Part shown: positions 29,940 to 40,311 of the stretch, piece by piece | Position numbering within the stretch: position 1 is the stretch's first letter | Layout: each line of letters starts with the position of its first letter | DNA from: Ruminococcus sp. | Lineage (GTDB): Bacteria; Bacillota; Clostridia; Oscillospirales; Ruminococcaceae | Length of the DNA: 62,963 nucleotides | Reading direction: 5' to 3' | Assembly (NCBI GenBank): GCA_017465305.1 | Contig: JAFTWL010000155.1 | Location: 1 to 62,963 of the forward strand | Notes under the pieces: model-generated | Seen by the model: the letters and a program-made list of their open reading frames with translations, nothing else | Databases searched by the model: none | What the model was told of the DNA's origin: nothing | Position numbers and translations under genes: made by a program

Positions 29940-31208
29940 ATGCCTCATGAAGAAGAATATGCAATTGTTGTAAAGGATGTACAGAAACAATTTAAAGTAT
30001 TTCTGGACAAGGGTCAGAGTGTAAAGGAGAGACTTTTATTTCAGAATCGTCGTCGCTATGAGAAAAGAGAAGTTCTTAAAGGAATATCATTTCAAGTTAG
30101 AAAAGGCGAGGCAATTGGTCTTATAGGTCATAATGGATGTGGAAAAAGCACTACTTTGAAACTTCTGACAAGAATTTTATATCCTGACAGTGGTAGCATT
30201 ACAATAAAAGGACGAGTTTCAAGTCTTATAGAACTTGGAGCAGGTTTTCACCCTGATATGAGTGGCAGAGAGAATATATATACAAATGCTTCAATTTTCG
30301 GACTTACTAAAAAAGAAATTGACAGTCGTCTTGATACAATAATAAAATTTTCTGAACTTGAAGAATTTATTGATAATCCGGTAAGAACATACTCTTCAGG
30401 AATGTATATGCGACTTGCGTTTTCTGTTGCTATTCATGTTGATGCTGATGTATTGCTTATTGATGAAATTCTTGGAGTTGGTGATGTTAGTTTTCAGCAG
30501 AAATGTTTTCGCAGACTACAGGAAATAAAATCATCAGGGACAACTATTGTCATAGTATCTCATGCTATGGAACAAATAGAACAGATATGTGACCGTTCAA
30601 TATGGATTGATAATGGCGAAATCAGAGAAGAGGGTATACCTAAATATGTCCACGAGCATTATCTTTCTGTTATGGAATCAAATCGCATTGAACGTGATGC
30701 TAAAGAAAGACAGACTGAACCTGTAGAAACAAGAACATTGCCAGATTTTTGTGATGCTACAGCTGTACGTCTTGGAACTGGTGATGCAGAATTTACAGAC
30801 GCAAAGATGCTTTCAGAGGATGGAACAATAACAAATGTATTTCCTACAGGTTCATATATAACTTTAAAACTTGCTTATAGAAGTAAGAAATCAAATCTTG
30901 AAGGAAATTTCGGGTTTGGTATTTTCAGAGAAGACGGTGTTCACTGTTACGGAACTAATGTCGATATTGAGTGTGATAAAATAATCCCATTAAAAAAGGA
31001 GGGAACTGTAACAATTACATTTGAAAATAAGTTATTAGCAGGAAATTATTTTCTTGATGTTGCAATTCACTCAAAAGATGGTGTGTTTTATGATGATATA
31101 AGACGTATACAGGCGTTTACTGTAACAGCAGTTAAACGTGATATTGGAATATGCCGTCTTGAAACAAAGTGGGAAGTTGATGATATTACATTTGATTCAC
31201 ATCGATAA
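29940..31208 (+). CDS. wzt: polysaccharide ABC exporter ATPase with Wzt C-terminal domain
   Basis: GHNGCGKST, ELGAGFHP, YSSGM..RLAF, LIDE; ~170-aa beta-rich C-terminal extension. Confidence 0.92.
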   Translation: MPHEEEYAIVVKDVQKQFKVFLDKGQSVKERLLFQNRRRYEKREVLKGISFQVRKGEAIGLIGHNGCGKSTTLKLLTRILYPDSGSITIKGRVSSLIELGAGFHPDMSGRENIYTNASIFGLTKKEIDSRLDTIIKFSELEEFIDNPVRTYSSGMYMRLAFSVAIHVDADVLLIDEILGVGDVSFQQKCFRRLQEIKSSGTTIVIVSHAMEQIEQICDRSIWIDNGEIREEGIPKYVHEHYLSVMESNRIERDAKERQTEPVETRTLPDFCDATAVRLGTGDAEFTDAKMLSEDGTITNVFPTGSYITLKLAYRSKKSNLEGNFGFGIFREDGVHCYGTNVDIECDKIIPLKKEGTVTITFENKLLAGNYFLDVAIHSKDGVFYDDIRRIQAFTVTAVKRDIGICRLETKWEVDDITFDSHR

Positions 31209-31410
31209 TAGTGGTTAATATTCTTTGCTCATGGCAGGTTTGTATCCTTTGATTTGCAATGATGATGCATATAAAAATAGAAAATCATATGATGATGTTT
31301 ATAATAGTCCAGTCAAAAAAATTAAAATTTTAGGTTGCTTATAAGAGAATTTAATATGCTTATATAAAATTATTTTTTAATTAAAAAAAGAAAGATGGTG
31401 ATGAATTATT

Positions 31411-32331
31411 ATGAGTACTCAGACAATAGAGGTAGATAAAAAATGTCTTTCAATTTGTCAGAAGCTTGGGATAACTTATGATGAGCTTGTGGATATCCGC
31501 AATGACAGAAATGAAATAAAAAAAATTTATAAGTCAATTGATAATATTTTAGCACGTATGCAGCAGGATGATTTGACAACTCTTTCACTTTTAGACCGTG
31601 TGGCACGTCTTGAGCGACTGGAAAAGAATGATGAATCAGAGGCACCTAAAACCTTGAATATGCTTCAGAAGATGACATATTCACAGTCAGGAGAAGATGC
31701 GATTTTAGCGTATATGTTAGCTGTTTTAGGGATTCCTTTTTCTCAATGCACATATCTTGACCTTGGAGCAAATCGTCCGAAAGAGATGAGTAACACATAT
31801 TTTTTCTATGCACAAGGAGCAAATGGAACACTTGTAGAAGCAAATCCATCTCTTATTCCTGCACTTGAAAAAGAGAGAAAAGGCGATACTATAGTTAATA
31901 AATGTATTGCACCTGTTTCAGGGGAAAAAATTGATTTTAATATTCTTAGTGTTGATGGACTTTCTGCACCTGGAGATATTTCCGTAATACTTGCTGAAAA
32001 TCCGGAAGTTAAGCTTTTAAAAACTATTCCAATAGAAACAATCTGTGTAAATGATTTGATAAAGCAAATGGGTGAAGTGCCAGTTATCTTAAATATTGAT
32101 ATTGAAGGCATGGAACTAGAAATTTTAAAATCGGTTGATTTTTCAAAATACAGACCACTTGTCATTATCCTTGAAATGATACCATATTCCACAAAGTTGC
32201 CTGTTGGAAACAGAAATGTAGAACTTCTTGATTTTATGCAGAATATCGGATATGCTGAATATGCTTTTTCCGGAATAAATTCTGTTTTTATTGATTTAAA
32301 TAAATATAAGCTTATGATAGGTGAAAAATAA
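31411..32331 (+). CDS. FkbM-family SAM methyltransferase with N-terminal helical extension
   Basis: YSQSGED, YLDLGAN.P...SNT, VEANP, IDIEGME. Confidence 0.88.
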   Translation: MSTQTIEVDKKCLSICQKLGITYDELVDIRNDRNEIKKIYKSIDNILARMQQDDLTTLSLLDRVARLERLEKNDESEAPKTLNMLQKMTYSQSGEDAILAYMLAVLGIPFSQCTYLDLGANRPKEMSNTYFFYAQGANGTLVEANPSLIPALEKERKGDTIVNKCIAPVSGEKIDFNILSVDGLSAPGDISVILAENPEVKLLKTIPIETICVNDLIKQMGEVPVILNIDIEGMELEILKSVDFSKYRPLVIILEMIPYSTKLPVGNRNVELLDFMQNIGYAEYAFSGINSVFIDLNKYKLMIGEK

Positions 32332-32402
32332 AAGTTGTTATTAAGTAGTAAAAAATAAATATTATAAAGGAGGACTTTCTTTATTGAAAGTAAATTAAAG
32401 AT

Positions 32403-32903
32403 ATGAGTGTAAATGTTGAAGATATAATGTCGGAAATTCGTTCTGACATTAAGAAAAAAGGTTTAAATAATGCAATGCTTTCTTTTGCGGATGTTCAGAG
32501 TGATGCAAATCCTGAAAATTCTGCGGACGCATATGACCCAGATACTCTTAGAGGTAACGTACAATATGTAAGTTCTCAATATCAATTAAATGCTTATAGA
32601 CCACTTAGCGGAAATCCTGTAAAAGTATTTTTTCAGAAAGTTATACGTAAACTTGTTAAATTTTACATTGAGCCTATTGCACAAGACCAGACATATTTTA
32701 ATGCTAACTCAGCACAGGCTTTACAGGAGCTTGAATTATATATAATTGATTCTCAGTCAAAAAGTACAGCTGACCTCTCAAAGCAGATAGATGATTTAAA
32801 ACTTCAGCAGAAAAATAACAGAATTCAGATTGAATCAATGCAAAAACAGATTGAAATTTTACAGAAGGAACTTTCAGAATATAAGAAAGAAGGAGACATA
32901 TGA
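32403..32903 (+). CDS. hypothetical coiled-coil protein of the glycan export locus
   Basis: NVEDIM.EIR..I, K.IRKL..FY.EP...Q..FN, C-terminal heptad pattern; overlaps next gene. Confidence 0.75.
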   Translation: MSVNVEDIMSEIRSDIKKKGLNNAMLSFADVQSDANPENSADAYDPDTLRGNVQYVSSQYQLNAYRPLSGNPVKVFFQKVIRKLVKFYIEPIAQDQTYFNANSAQALQELELYIIDSQSKSTADLSKQIDDLKLQQKNNRIQIESMQKQIEILQKELSEYKKEGDI

Positions 32904-33982
32904 GAATACTGCAAATGCTTCCAACGCTTTCCATGGGTGATGCTGTCGGCAATGACGCTATGGCTTTGTCAAAAGTTTTACGTGATATGGGGGCACAAAC
33001 GGGAATATATGCAGAAAATATAGACCGCCGTCTTCCTGCTGGAATAGCAAAGCCTGTTTCACGTATGCCAAAGCTTACAAAAGATGATGTTATATTATAT
33101 CATATGTCTACAGGTTCTGATTTGAATTTTGAACTTGAAAATTACCCATGCCGCAAAGGTCTTATTTACCACAATATAACACCATCAGGATTTTTCAGAC
33201 CATATAATTCAGAACTTACTAGGCTTATGGAATATGGTGCAGAGGGTGTCTGTCATCTTGCTGATAAGGTTGATTTTTGCATGGCGGATTCTGAATTTAA
33301 TAAACAGGAACTCCAGAAGGTAGGCTACACTTGTGATATTACTGTAAGACCTATTCTGATACCATTTTCAGATTATGCAAGAAAACCGGAACAGTCTATT
33401 ATTAAAAAATATGAGAATGATGGATATGTTAATTTCATATTTGTTGGTCGTATTGCACCTAATAAAAAACAAGAAGATATAATACGTGCATTTTATTGCT
33501 ATAAGAAATATATAAATCCAAAATCACGTTTAATACTTGTTGGTTCATATAAGGGACTTGAATCATATTATCGTCGTCTGTGTAGATATGTTACAGGGCT
33601 GGAACTGGATGATGTAATATTTACAGGACATATACCTTTTTCAGAAATACTTGCTTATTATCATATTGCTGATTTATTTTTGTGTATGAGTGAACATGAG
33701 GGATTTTGTGTGCCGCTTGTGGAAGCTATGTATTTTTCAGTTCCGATATTAGCATATAATTCGTGTGCTGTACCTGATACATTAGGCGGAAGCGGTGTTT
33801 TATTGAATAGTAAAAACCCTATGGAAACAGCGATGATGGCAGACCGTATTTTAAGAGATTCAAAACTCAGAAGAGAAATAATTGCAGAGCAGCGTAAGCG
33901 TCAGCAGGATTTTTCTTATCAGAAAGTAAGAACTCTTTTTGAACAGCAACTCATGGATTTCTTAAAGCATGAGATGCTTTAG
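32900..33982 (+). CDS. glycosyltransferase family 4
   Basis: GDAVGN, YHNITP, FVGRIAPNK, SEHEGFCVPLVEAM. Confidence 0.92.
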   Translation: MRILQMLPTLSMGDAVGNDAMALSKVLRDMGAQTGIYAENIDRRLPAGIAKPVSRMPKLTKDDVILYHMSTGSDLNFELENYPCRKGLIYHNITPSGFFRPYNSELTRLMEYGAEGVCHLADKVDFCMADSEFNKQELQKVGYTCDITVRPILIPFSDYARKPEQSIIKKYENDGYVNFIFVGRIAPNKKQEDIIRAFYCYKKYINPKSRLILVGSYKGLESYYRRLCRYVTGLELDDVIFTGHIPFSEILAYYHIADLFLCMSEHEGFCVPLVEAMYFSVPILAYNSCAVPDTLGGSGVLLNSKNPMETAMMADRILRDSKLRREIIAEQRKRQQDFSYQKVRTLFEQQLMDFLKHEML

Positions 33983-34039
33983 TTTTAAATATAAATTTAT
34001 AATTTAAATAATTAAAAATGAAAGGAAGTTATAAGTATC

Positions 34040-35248
34040 ATGGCAAAATCAGATTTGGGAAAAAAATCAGCTGTTAATTTTTCAGCTGATAAAGAGAGTA
34101 AGAAAAAAGCACTTGAAAATGCAATAGCACATATTACAAAAACATACGGAGCAGGAGCTGTAATGCGTCTTGGACAAGCAGGAAATATGAACATAGATGT
34201 AATTCCTACAGGTTCTATGAAACTTGATATGGCACTTGGTATTGGCGGTGTTCCACGAGGAAGAATTGTAGAGATTTATGGTGCTGAAAGTTCAGGTAAA
34301 ACAACTATTGCATTGCATATTGCAGCTGAAGCACAGAAGCTTGGCGGTGAAGTTGCATTCATAGATGTAGAACATGCTCTTGACCCTGTCTATGCACGTG
34401 CTTTGGGCGTAGATATTGATAGTTTACTTGTGTCACAGCCTGACAGCGGTGAACAGGCTCTTGAAATTGCTGAAGCTCTTGTACGTTCAGGTGCAATTGA
34501 TGTTCTTGTTATTGACTCTGTAGCAGCTATGACAACACGTGCAGAAATTGATGGAGAGATGGGTGATAATCATGTTGGAATGCTTGCACGTCTTATGTCG
34601 CAGGCTATGCGTAAGCTTACATCTATTATATCAAAGTCAAATTGTGTAGCAATATTTATAAATCAGGTTCGTGAAAAAATTGGTGTTATATATGGAAATC
34701 CTGAAGTAACTCCAGGCGGAAGAGCATTAAAATTCTATTCTTCAGTACGTATGGAAGTACGCAAGAGCGAAGCAATTAAAAATGGCACACAGATTATAGG
34801 AAATGCTACAAAGGTTAAAATTGTTAAAAATAAAGTTGCCCCTCCATTTAAAGAGTGTATTATTGATATTATGTACGGACAAGGCATATCAAGAACAGGA
34901 GAGGTGCTTGACCTTGCAGTAGATTATAATATCATTCAGAAGAGTGGTTCATGGTTTAGTTATGATGGTCAGCGTCTCGGTCAGGGTCGTGACAATATAA
35001 AGGAACTTCTTAAAGATAATCCTGATAAGATGCTTGAAATAGAAAAGAAGATACAAGATATCTATAAAGAACAACAGAGACAGCAGAAAGAAGCACAGAA
35101 TACACCAGCCAAATCAAATTCAAATAATAACTCGCTTGATGCCCTTGAAGCAGCCGCAACAAAGGCTGCTGAAATAAAGATTGATGATTTGGATGACATA
35201 GAAGATATTGCTGCCGACGATGATTTTAACGAATTTCCATTGACATGA
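34040..35248 (+). CDS. recA: recombinase RecA
   Basis: [40 protein letters not shown]; acidic tail. Confidence 0.98.
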   Translation: MAKSDLGKKSAVNFSADKESKKKALENAIAHITKTYGAGAVMRLGQAGNMNIDVIPTGSMKLDMALGIGGVPRGRIVEIYGAESSGKTTIALHIAAEAQKLGGEVAFIDVEHALDPVYARALGVDIDSLLVSQPDSGEQALEIAEALVRSGAIDVLVIDSVAAMTTRAEIDGEMGDNHVGMLARLMSQAMRKLTSIISKSNCVAIFINQVREKIGVIYGNPEVTPGGRALKFYSSVRMEVRKSEAIKNGTQIIGNATKVKIVKNKVAPPFKECIIDIMYGQGISRTGEVLDLAVDYNIIQKSGSWFSYDGQRLGQGRDNIKELLKDNPDKMLEIEKKIQDIYKEQQRQQKEAQNTPAKSNSNNNSLDALEAAATKAAEIKIDDLDDIEDIAADDDFNEFPLT

Positions 35249-35258
35249 GTAAAAAAAG

Positions 35259-35873
35259 ATGAAAAAAATAGAAGTAGAGAAGCAATCAGATAATTTATGG
35301 CAGATTACTTTAGAAGATGGACAGCAGTTTTGTATTGATACAGAACTGCTGTATCAATTTTCTGTTTTGGACAAAGAAGAAATTTCAGATACATTAGCAG
35401 AAAAACTAATACAGGAACAGTCTGTAAAAAATGCTTATCAGCGAGCTTTGTACTGGTTAAATTTTCGTATGTATAGTTATAAGGCATTATTCCTGCGTTT
35501 AAATAAAGAGTTTCCAGAGGATATTTGCTATATAGTTTTAAACAGGCTTGCACAGCGTGGCATTATCAATGATAGGAAATATGCACAACAGCTGGCGGAA
35601 TATTATGTAACACAGAAATATTATGGTGTGATAAGAGTAGCAAATATTTTAAAAGAAAAGCAGTTACCGCAGGTAGTTATAACTGAGACACTTGCTCCAT
35701 ATATTGAACATGCACAGCCTCAGCTTATGTATTTATTGAGAAGAAAATATGCAAAGAAACTTACAGATGCCAAAGATATAAATTCAATTGCTAAAGTAAA
35801 AGCTTCACTTGTAAGAAGAGGTTTTTATTTTGAAGACATAAATGAAGCTATAAAAAATTATTTTTCAAGCTGA
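35259..35873 (+). CDS. recX: regulatory protein RecX
   Basis: Follows recA; AL..L..R.YS, G.INDRKYA, L.RRGF. Confidence 0.88.
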   Translation: MKKIEVEKQSDNLWQITLEDGQQFCIDTELLYQFSVLDKEEISDTLAEKLIQEQSVKNAYQRALYWLNFRMYSYKALFLRLNKEFPEDICYIVLNRLAQRGIINDRKYAQQLAEYYVTQKYYGVIRVANILKEKQLPQVVITETLAPYIEHAQPQLMYLLRRKYAKKLTDAKDINSIAKVKASLVRRGFYFEDINEAIKNYFSS

Positions 35874-36085
35874 ATCAGCTTGACCATTTACCGCCCCCAG
35901 CCTTTACAATACTGTTATATGTTAAAAAACTTTCCCCCTCAGGGGGGTGATATAACAGAATTTAAAATTCAAAACAAAAATAGTTAAAAACAAGCGAAAT
36001 CGTTATTGTGAAGGAGTCAGTATTGAAAAGCAAATAAATGTAGCATAAACTTCATGGAGAATTTGTTGGCGGAAGCTCTTTGCTG
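35865..36085. repeat. full copy of the modular intergenic repeat, inverted relative to the 12.4-kb copy
   Basis: tcaagctgaatcagcttga cap plus ~190 bp alignable to the reverse complement of 12361-12540. Confidence 0.85.
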
Positions 36086-36109
36086 AATGATAAAAAGGAG
36101 AAAAGTAAT

Positions 36110-36550
36110 ATGAAAAAGACTGTTAAAATTTTTACAGATGGTGCTTGTAGTGGGAATCCTGGAGCAGGCGGATGGGGAGCAATTCTGCAATATGGAGAAC
36201 ATGAAAAAGAGCTTTCAGGCGGAGAGCGTAATACTACTAATAACAGAATGGAGTTATCAGCTGTAATTTCAGCACTTTCAGCATTGAAAGAACCTTGTAA
36301 AGTTATATTGACTACAGATAGTAAATATGTTGTTGACAGTGTTACAAAAGGCTGGGTTTATGGATGGAAGAAAAAAGGATGGATAAAGTCAGATAAGAAG
36401 CCAGCACTGAATGTTGACTTATGGGAAAAATTATTGCCTTTGCTTGAACTTCATGAAGTAGAATGGGTATGGGTTAAAGGTCATGCAGGTCATGCAGAAA
36501 ATGAACGTTGTGATGAACTCGCAGTATTAGCAGCAAGTCGATATAAATAG
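36110..36550 (+). CDS. rnhA: ribonuclease HI
   Basis: [42 protein letters not shown]; start ATG 36110 after AAAGGAG. Confidence 0.96.
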   Translation: MKKTVKIFTDGACSGNPGAGGWGAILQYGEHEKELSGGERNTTNNRMELSAVISALSALKEPCKVILTTDSKYVVDSVTKGWVYGWKKKGWIKSDKKPALNVDLWEKLLPLLELHEVEWVWVKGHAGHAENERCDELAVLAASRYK

Positions 36551-36574
36551 TATTATATAATTATTTTAAAGGAT

Positions 36575-39343
36575 GTGATTATTGTGACGGATGCACAGCA
36601 GAAAAAAGCAGCAAAAGAATTTTCATCCTATTGGAAAGACAAAGGATATGAAAAGGGTGAATCACAGAAATTTTGGATAGACTTGCTTCAAAATGTGTAT
36701 GGTGTTAAAGATGCAATAAGGTATATAAGTTTTGAAGACAAGGTACATTTAGACCATACATCATTTATTGATGGTTATATAGAAGCAACTCATGTTATGA
36801 TTGAGCAAAAAAGTCTTGGGAAAGACTTGAGAAAAGGTATAAAACAGTCAGATGGTTCAGTTTTATCGCCATTTCAGCAAGCAAAGAGATATTCCGCTGA
36901 ATTGCCGTATGATGATAGACCACGTTGGATTGTGACTTGTAATTTCAGTGAATTTCTTGTTTATGATATGAATAAACCAAACAGTGAACCTGAACAAATT
37001 TTACTAAAAAATTTATCAAAAGAATATTATAGACTACAATTTCTTGTTGACATTGGAAATATTGACTTTCAGAAAGAAATGCAGATTTCAGTTGATGCAG
37101 GAAAAATCACTGAAAAGCTGTATAAATCATTGATTCAGCAATATCAAAATCCTGACTCTGTAGAAAGCTTGAAAAGTCTTAATATGCTCTGTGTTCGTCT
37201 TGTATTTTGTTTTTATGCTGAAAATTCGGGTGTTTTTGCACGTAATCAGTTTAAAAATTATATGCGTAGTATACCGGTTAATAAATGGCATAGAGAACTT
37301 AAAGATTTGTTTAAGATTCTTGATACTAAGGCAGAGAACCGTGACCCAGATGAAGATGAAAAGTTAAATGCTTTTCCATATGTAAATGGTGGACTGTTTG
37401 CAGATGAAAATATAGAAATACCACGATTTACTGAGGAAATAGTTAATATTATCATCAATGAAGCATGCGTTTTTGACTGGGCGGATATATCTCCAACGAT
37501 TTTCGGAGCGGTTTTTGAATCTACATTAAACCCTGAAACACGTCGTAAAGGAGGAGTACATTATACATCTATAGAAAATATTCATAAAATAATTGATTCA
37601 TTATTTTTAGATGATTTAAAAAACGAACTTAACGATATCAAAGCCCTGAAGCAACAAAAATTAAAAAGAGAACGCCTTGAAAAATATAGAAAAAAACTTG
37701 CTTCGCTTGTATTTTTAGACCCTGCATGTGGTTCAGGAAATTTTCTTACAGAGACATATATTTCATTGCGAAAACTTGAAAATGAAGCTTTAATTATAAT
37801 TAATGAAAGTTTAGGTATTCTTGAAAGTCAATATACTCTTAGTTATAATCCAATAGAAGTTTCAATTAGTCAATTTTATGGAATAGAAATCAATGATTTT
37901 GCAGTGGCAGTTGCAAAAACGGCATTGTGGATTGCAGAAAGTCAGATGATGCAGGAAACAGAAAAAATTATTAAGCAGGATATTGAATTTTTACCACTAA
38001 AATCTTATCCTAATATTATAGAAGATAATGCTATCCGTGTTAATTGGGAAAGTATTGTACCAAAAGAAAAATTAAATTACATTATGGGGAATCCGCCTTT
38101 TGTTGGATATTCTCAACAGAGTAATCAACAAAAGGCAGATTTATCTTTATATAGTCAGTCCAAAAATTTGGATTATTGTGCCTCATGGTTTTATAAAGCA
38201 TCTGATTTTATGCAGGATACAGAGATTAGAACAGCTTTTGTTTCTACAAATTCTATTTGTCAGGGTGAACAAGTTTCGAGTATATGGAAACCGCTTTTTG
38301 AAAGATTTGGAGTACATATAGATTTTGCATACAAAAGCTTTAAATGGAGCAGTGAAGCAAGTATAAAAGCTCAAGTACATTGTGTCATTGTAGGGTTTAG
38401 CAAAGCACCAAATACAGCGAAAAAGAGACTTTTTGATAATGGTGTAGAAAAAATAGTTAAAAATATAAATTGCTATCTTGTTGAAGCTGATGATATTATT
38501 ATTGAAAATAGAACAAAACCTATTTCAAAAATTCCTAATATAATGTTTGGGAGTATGCCTAATGATAATAAAGGATTATTAAGCAATTATTCTGATGAAT
38601 TAAAAAATGAGATTATTAACAAATATCCACAATCATCTGAATTATTTAGACCTTTTCTAGGTGCTAATGAATTTATAAATAATAAAACAAGGTGGTGCTT
38701 ATGGTTGATAGATATATCTCCAAATAAAATAATAAGTGTTCCACCGATATATGAAGCAGTAAAAGGTGTTAGAGAAAGTAGAACAAGAAGTTCAAGAAAA
38801 AGTACAAGAGAACAAGCAAATACGCCAACATTATTTGGAGAAATAAGGCAGCCTAATACGGAATATATACTAATTCCACGTCATTCCTCTGAAAAAAGAA
38901 GATATATACCTATGGGCTATATTTCTCCTGATGTAATTTGTGGAGATGCAAATTTGATTATTCCCAACGCTACATTATATCATTTTGGAGTACTTACCTC
39001 TAATGTACATATGGCGTGGATGCGTACAGTTTGCGGACGTTTAGAAATGAGATATAGATATTCGAAAGATATAGTTTACAATAATTTTCCATGGTGCAAT
39101 CCTACAGAAAAACAAAGGGAGACTATTGAAAAAACTGCACAAGCTATCCTTGATGCTCGTGCAGAATATCCAGATTGTTCTCTTGCTGATTTATATGACG
39201 AACTCACTATGCCACCGAAACTTAGAAAAGCTCATCAGTCTAATGATTTCGCTGTTATGGCTGCCTATGGATTCGACAAAAAGATAACTGAGAGCGAGTG
39301 TGTGGCTGAACTTATGAAGATGTATCAGAAGTTGACAAAATAA
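36575..39343 (+). CDS. MmeI-like type IIG/IIL restriction-modification enzyme (fused nuclease, N6-adenine methyltransferase and TRD)
   Basis: ID...IEQKS nuclease motif, FPYVNGGLF, HYTS..NI, DPACGSGNFL, GNPPF, RYRYS...VYNNFPW, LADLYD...MP..L.KAH. Confidence 0.92.
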   Translation: MIIVTDAQQKKAAKEFSSYWKDKGYEKGESQKFWIDLLQNVYGVKDAIRYISFEDKVHLDHTSFIDGYIEATHVMIEQKSLGKDLRKGIKQSDGSVLSPFQQAKRYSAELPYDDRPRWIVTCNFSEFLVYDMNKPNSEPEQILLKNLSKEYYRLQFLVDIGNIDFQKEMQISVDAGKITEKLYKSLIQQYQNPDSVESLKSLNMLCVRLVFCFYAENSGVFARNQFKNYMRSIPVNKWHRELKDLFKILDTKAENRDPDEDEKLNAFPYVNGGLFADENIEIPRFTEEIVNIIINEACVFDWADISPTIFGAVFESTLNPETRRKGGVHYTSIENIHKIIDSLFLDDLKNELNDIKALKQQKLKRERLEKYRKKLASLVFLDPACGSGNFLTETYISLRKLENEALIIINESLGILESQYTLSYNPIEVSISQFYGIEINDFAVAVAKTALWIAESQMMQETEKIIKQDIEFLPLKSYPNIIEDNAIRVNWESIVPKEKLNYIMGNPPFVGYSQQSNQQKADLSLYSQSKNLDYCASWFYKASDFMQDTEIRTAFVSTNSICQGEQVSSIWKPLFERFGVHIDFAYKSFKWSSEASIKAQVHCVIVGFSKAPNTAKKRLFDNGVEKIVKNINCYLVEADDIIIENRTKPISKIPNIMFGSMPNDNKGLLSNYSDELKNEIINKYPQSSELFRPFLGANEFINNKTRWCLWLIDISPNKIISVPPIYEAVKGVRESRTRSSRKSTREQANTPTLFGEIRQPNTEYILIPRHSSEKRRYIPMGYISPDVICGDANLIIPNATLYHFGVLTSNVHMAWMRTVCGRLEMRYRYSKDIVYNNFPWCNPTEKQRETIEKTAQAILDARAEYPDCSLADLYDELTMPPKLRKAHQSNDFAVMAAYGFDKKITESECVAELMKMYQKLTK

Positions 39344-39403
39344 AAAGCAAAAATATTTTACAATCATGCTTGACATATTACCTTGGTTATAGTATAATAT
39401 AAA

Positions 39404-39506
39404 TAGAAAGAGCATACCGATAGGCGGTTGCTCCCAATCAATAAGTAAAAGTCATTAAAGAATAACTGTCCTAAGTTGGTAGCTCAAGGGCAGTTATCTT
39501 CTTTTA
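39404..39506 (+). ncRNA. predicted type I antitoxin sRNA
   Basis: TTGACA(39370)-N17-TATAAT(39393) promoter, no ORF, ends in hairpin ataactgtcct...agggcagttat + T-rich tail overlapping the toxin 3' end. Confidence 0.7.
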
Positions 39507-39589
39507 TTGCTATTATTGCTGAATGCCTTGTAAACTAAAAGTACATTGCATATTGCAATTATGAACTGAAAGAAATCATTCCATGACAT
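39494..39589 (-). CDS. type I toxin-like small hydrophobic peptide, 31 aa (MSWNDFFQFIIAICNVLLVYKAFSNNSNKRR)
   Basis: Strong RBS GGAAGGGAG, single TM helix, basic C-terminus, own TTGACA-N17-TATAAT promoter (39682-39654); below the ORF-track length cutoff. Confidence 0.8.
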   Translation of the reverse strand: MSWNDFFQFIIAICNVLLVYKAFSNNSNKRR

Positions 39590-39753
39590 AGCAATCACTC
39601 CCTTCCGGGAGCAGGATTAACCGCCTACCGCTAATGATATGCTCTAATTGTTTATTATATCAGATATTTTTACAAGTGTCAATAAAAAATGACCAATTTT
39701 TTATACAAAAAATAACTTCAATTAGTTAAATGATTATATGGGAGGTGTTTTGA

Positions 39754-40290
39754 ATGAAAGCATGGAAACATTTTAAAACAATTACTAAGCACCGGCATAA
39801 AGTAATATTGCACTGTATGAAGGCAGGAATCTTCTGGCAGGGACTTTTTCATGACCTTTCAAAATACAGTCCTACAGAATTTTTAGCAGGAGCAAAATAT
39901 TATCAGGGTACACGAAGTCCGAACGAAAAAGAGCGTGAAACTATAGGATATTCTCTTGCCTGGATGCACCATAAGGGAAGAAATCGTCATCACTTTGAGT
40001 ACTGGACTGATTATAATCCAGCAACAAAATTAAATACGCCTGTAAAGATGCCCGCAAAATATCTTGCAGAGATGTTTTGTGATAGAGTTGCTGCAAGTAA
40101 AATATATATGGGAAAAGATTATAAAGATACTTGTCCCTTGCAATATTTTCAGAAATCAACTGCCAGAAAGGTTGGAATGTTTCACCCTGATACTGCTGAT
40201 AAGCTTATGTATTTATTAGAAGTACTTGCTGAAAAGGGTGAAGAAGAAGCTTTTAAGGAAGTACATAAATTGATTAAAGAAGGATACTAA
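39754..40290 (+). CDS. DUF5662 family (HD-like) protein
   Basis: HF.TIT.H, GL.HDLSKYS..EF, AW.HHKGRN.HH.EYW, EMFCDRVAA. Confidence 0.85.
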   Translation: MKAWKHFKTITKHRHKVILHCMKAGIFWQGLFHDLSKYSPTEFLAGAKYYQGTRSPNEKERETIGYSLAWMHHKGRNRHHFEYWTDYNPATKLNTPVKMPAKYLAEMFCDRVAASKIYMGKDYKDTCPLQYFQKSTARKVGMFHPDTADKLMYLLEVLAEKGEEEAFKEVHKLIKEGY

Positions 40291-40311
40291 ATAAATTAAG
40301 GAGTATAGAAA

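Noticed and set aside
31179-31343. Possible gene remnant after wzt (MILHLIHIDNSG*YSLLMAGLYPLICND...)
   Set aside because: Interrupted by a stop and not recognisable as any family; cannot be supported without a search.
33983-34039. LexA/SOS box upstream of recA
   Set aside because: No GAAC-N4-GTTC-like site is visible in the short AT-rich gap.
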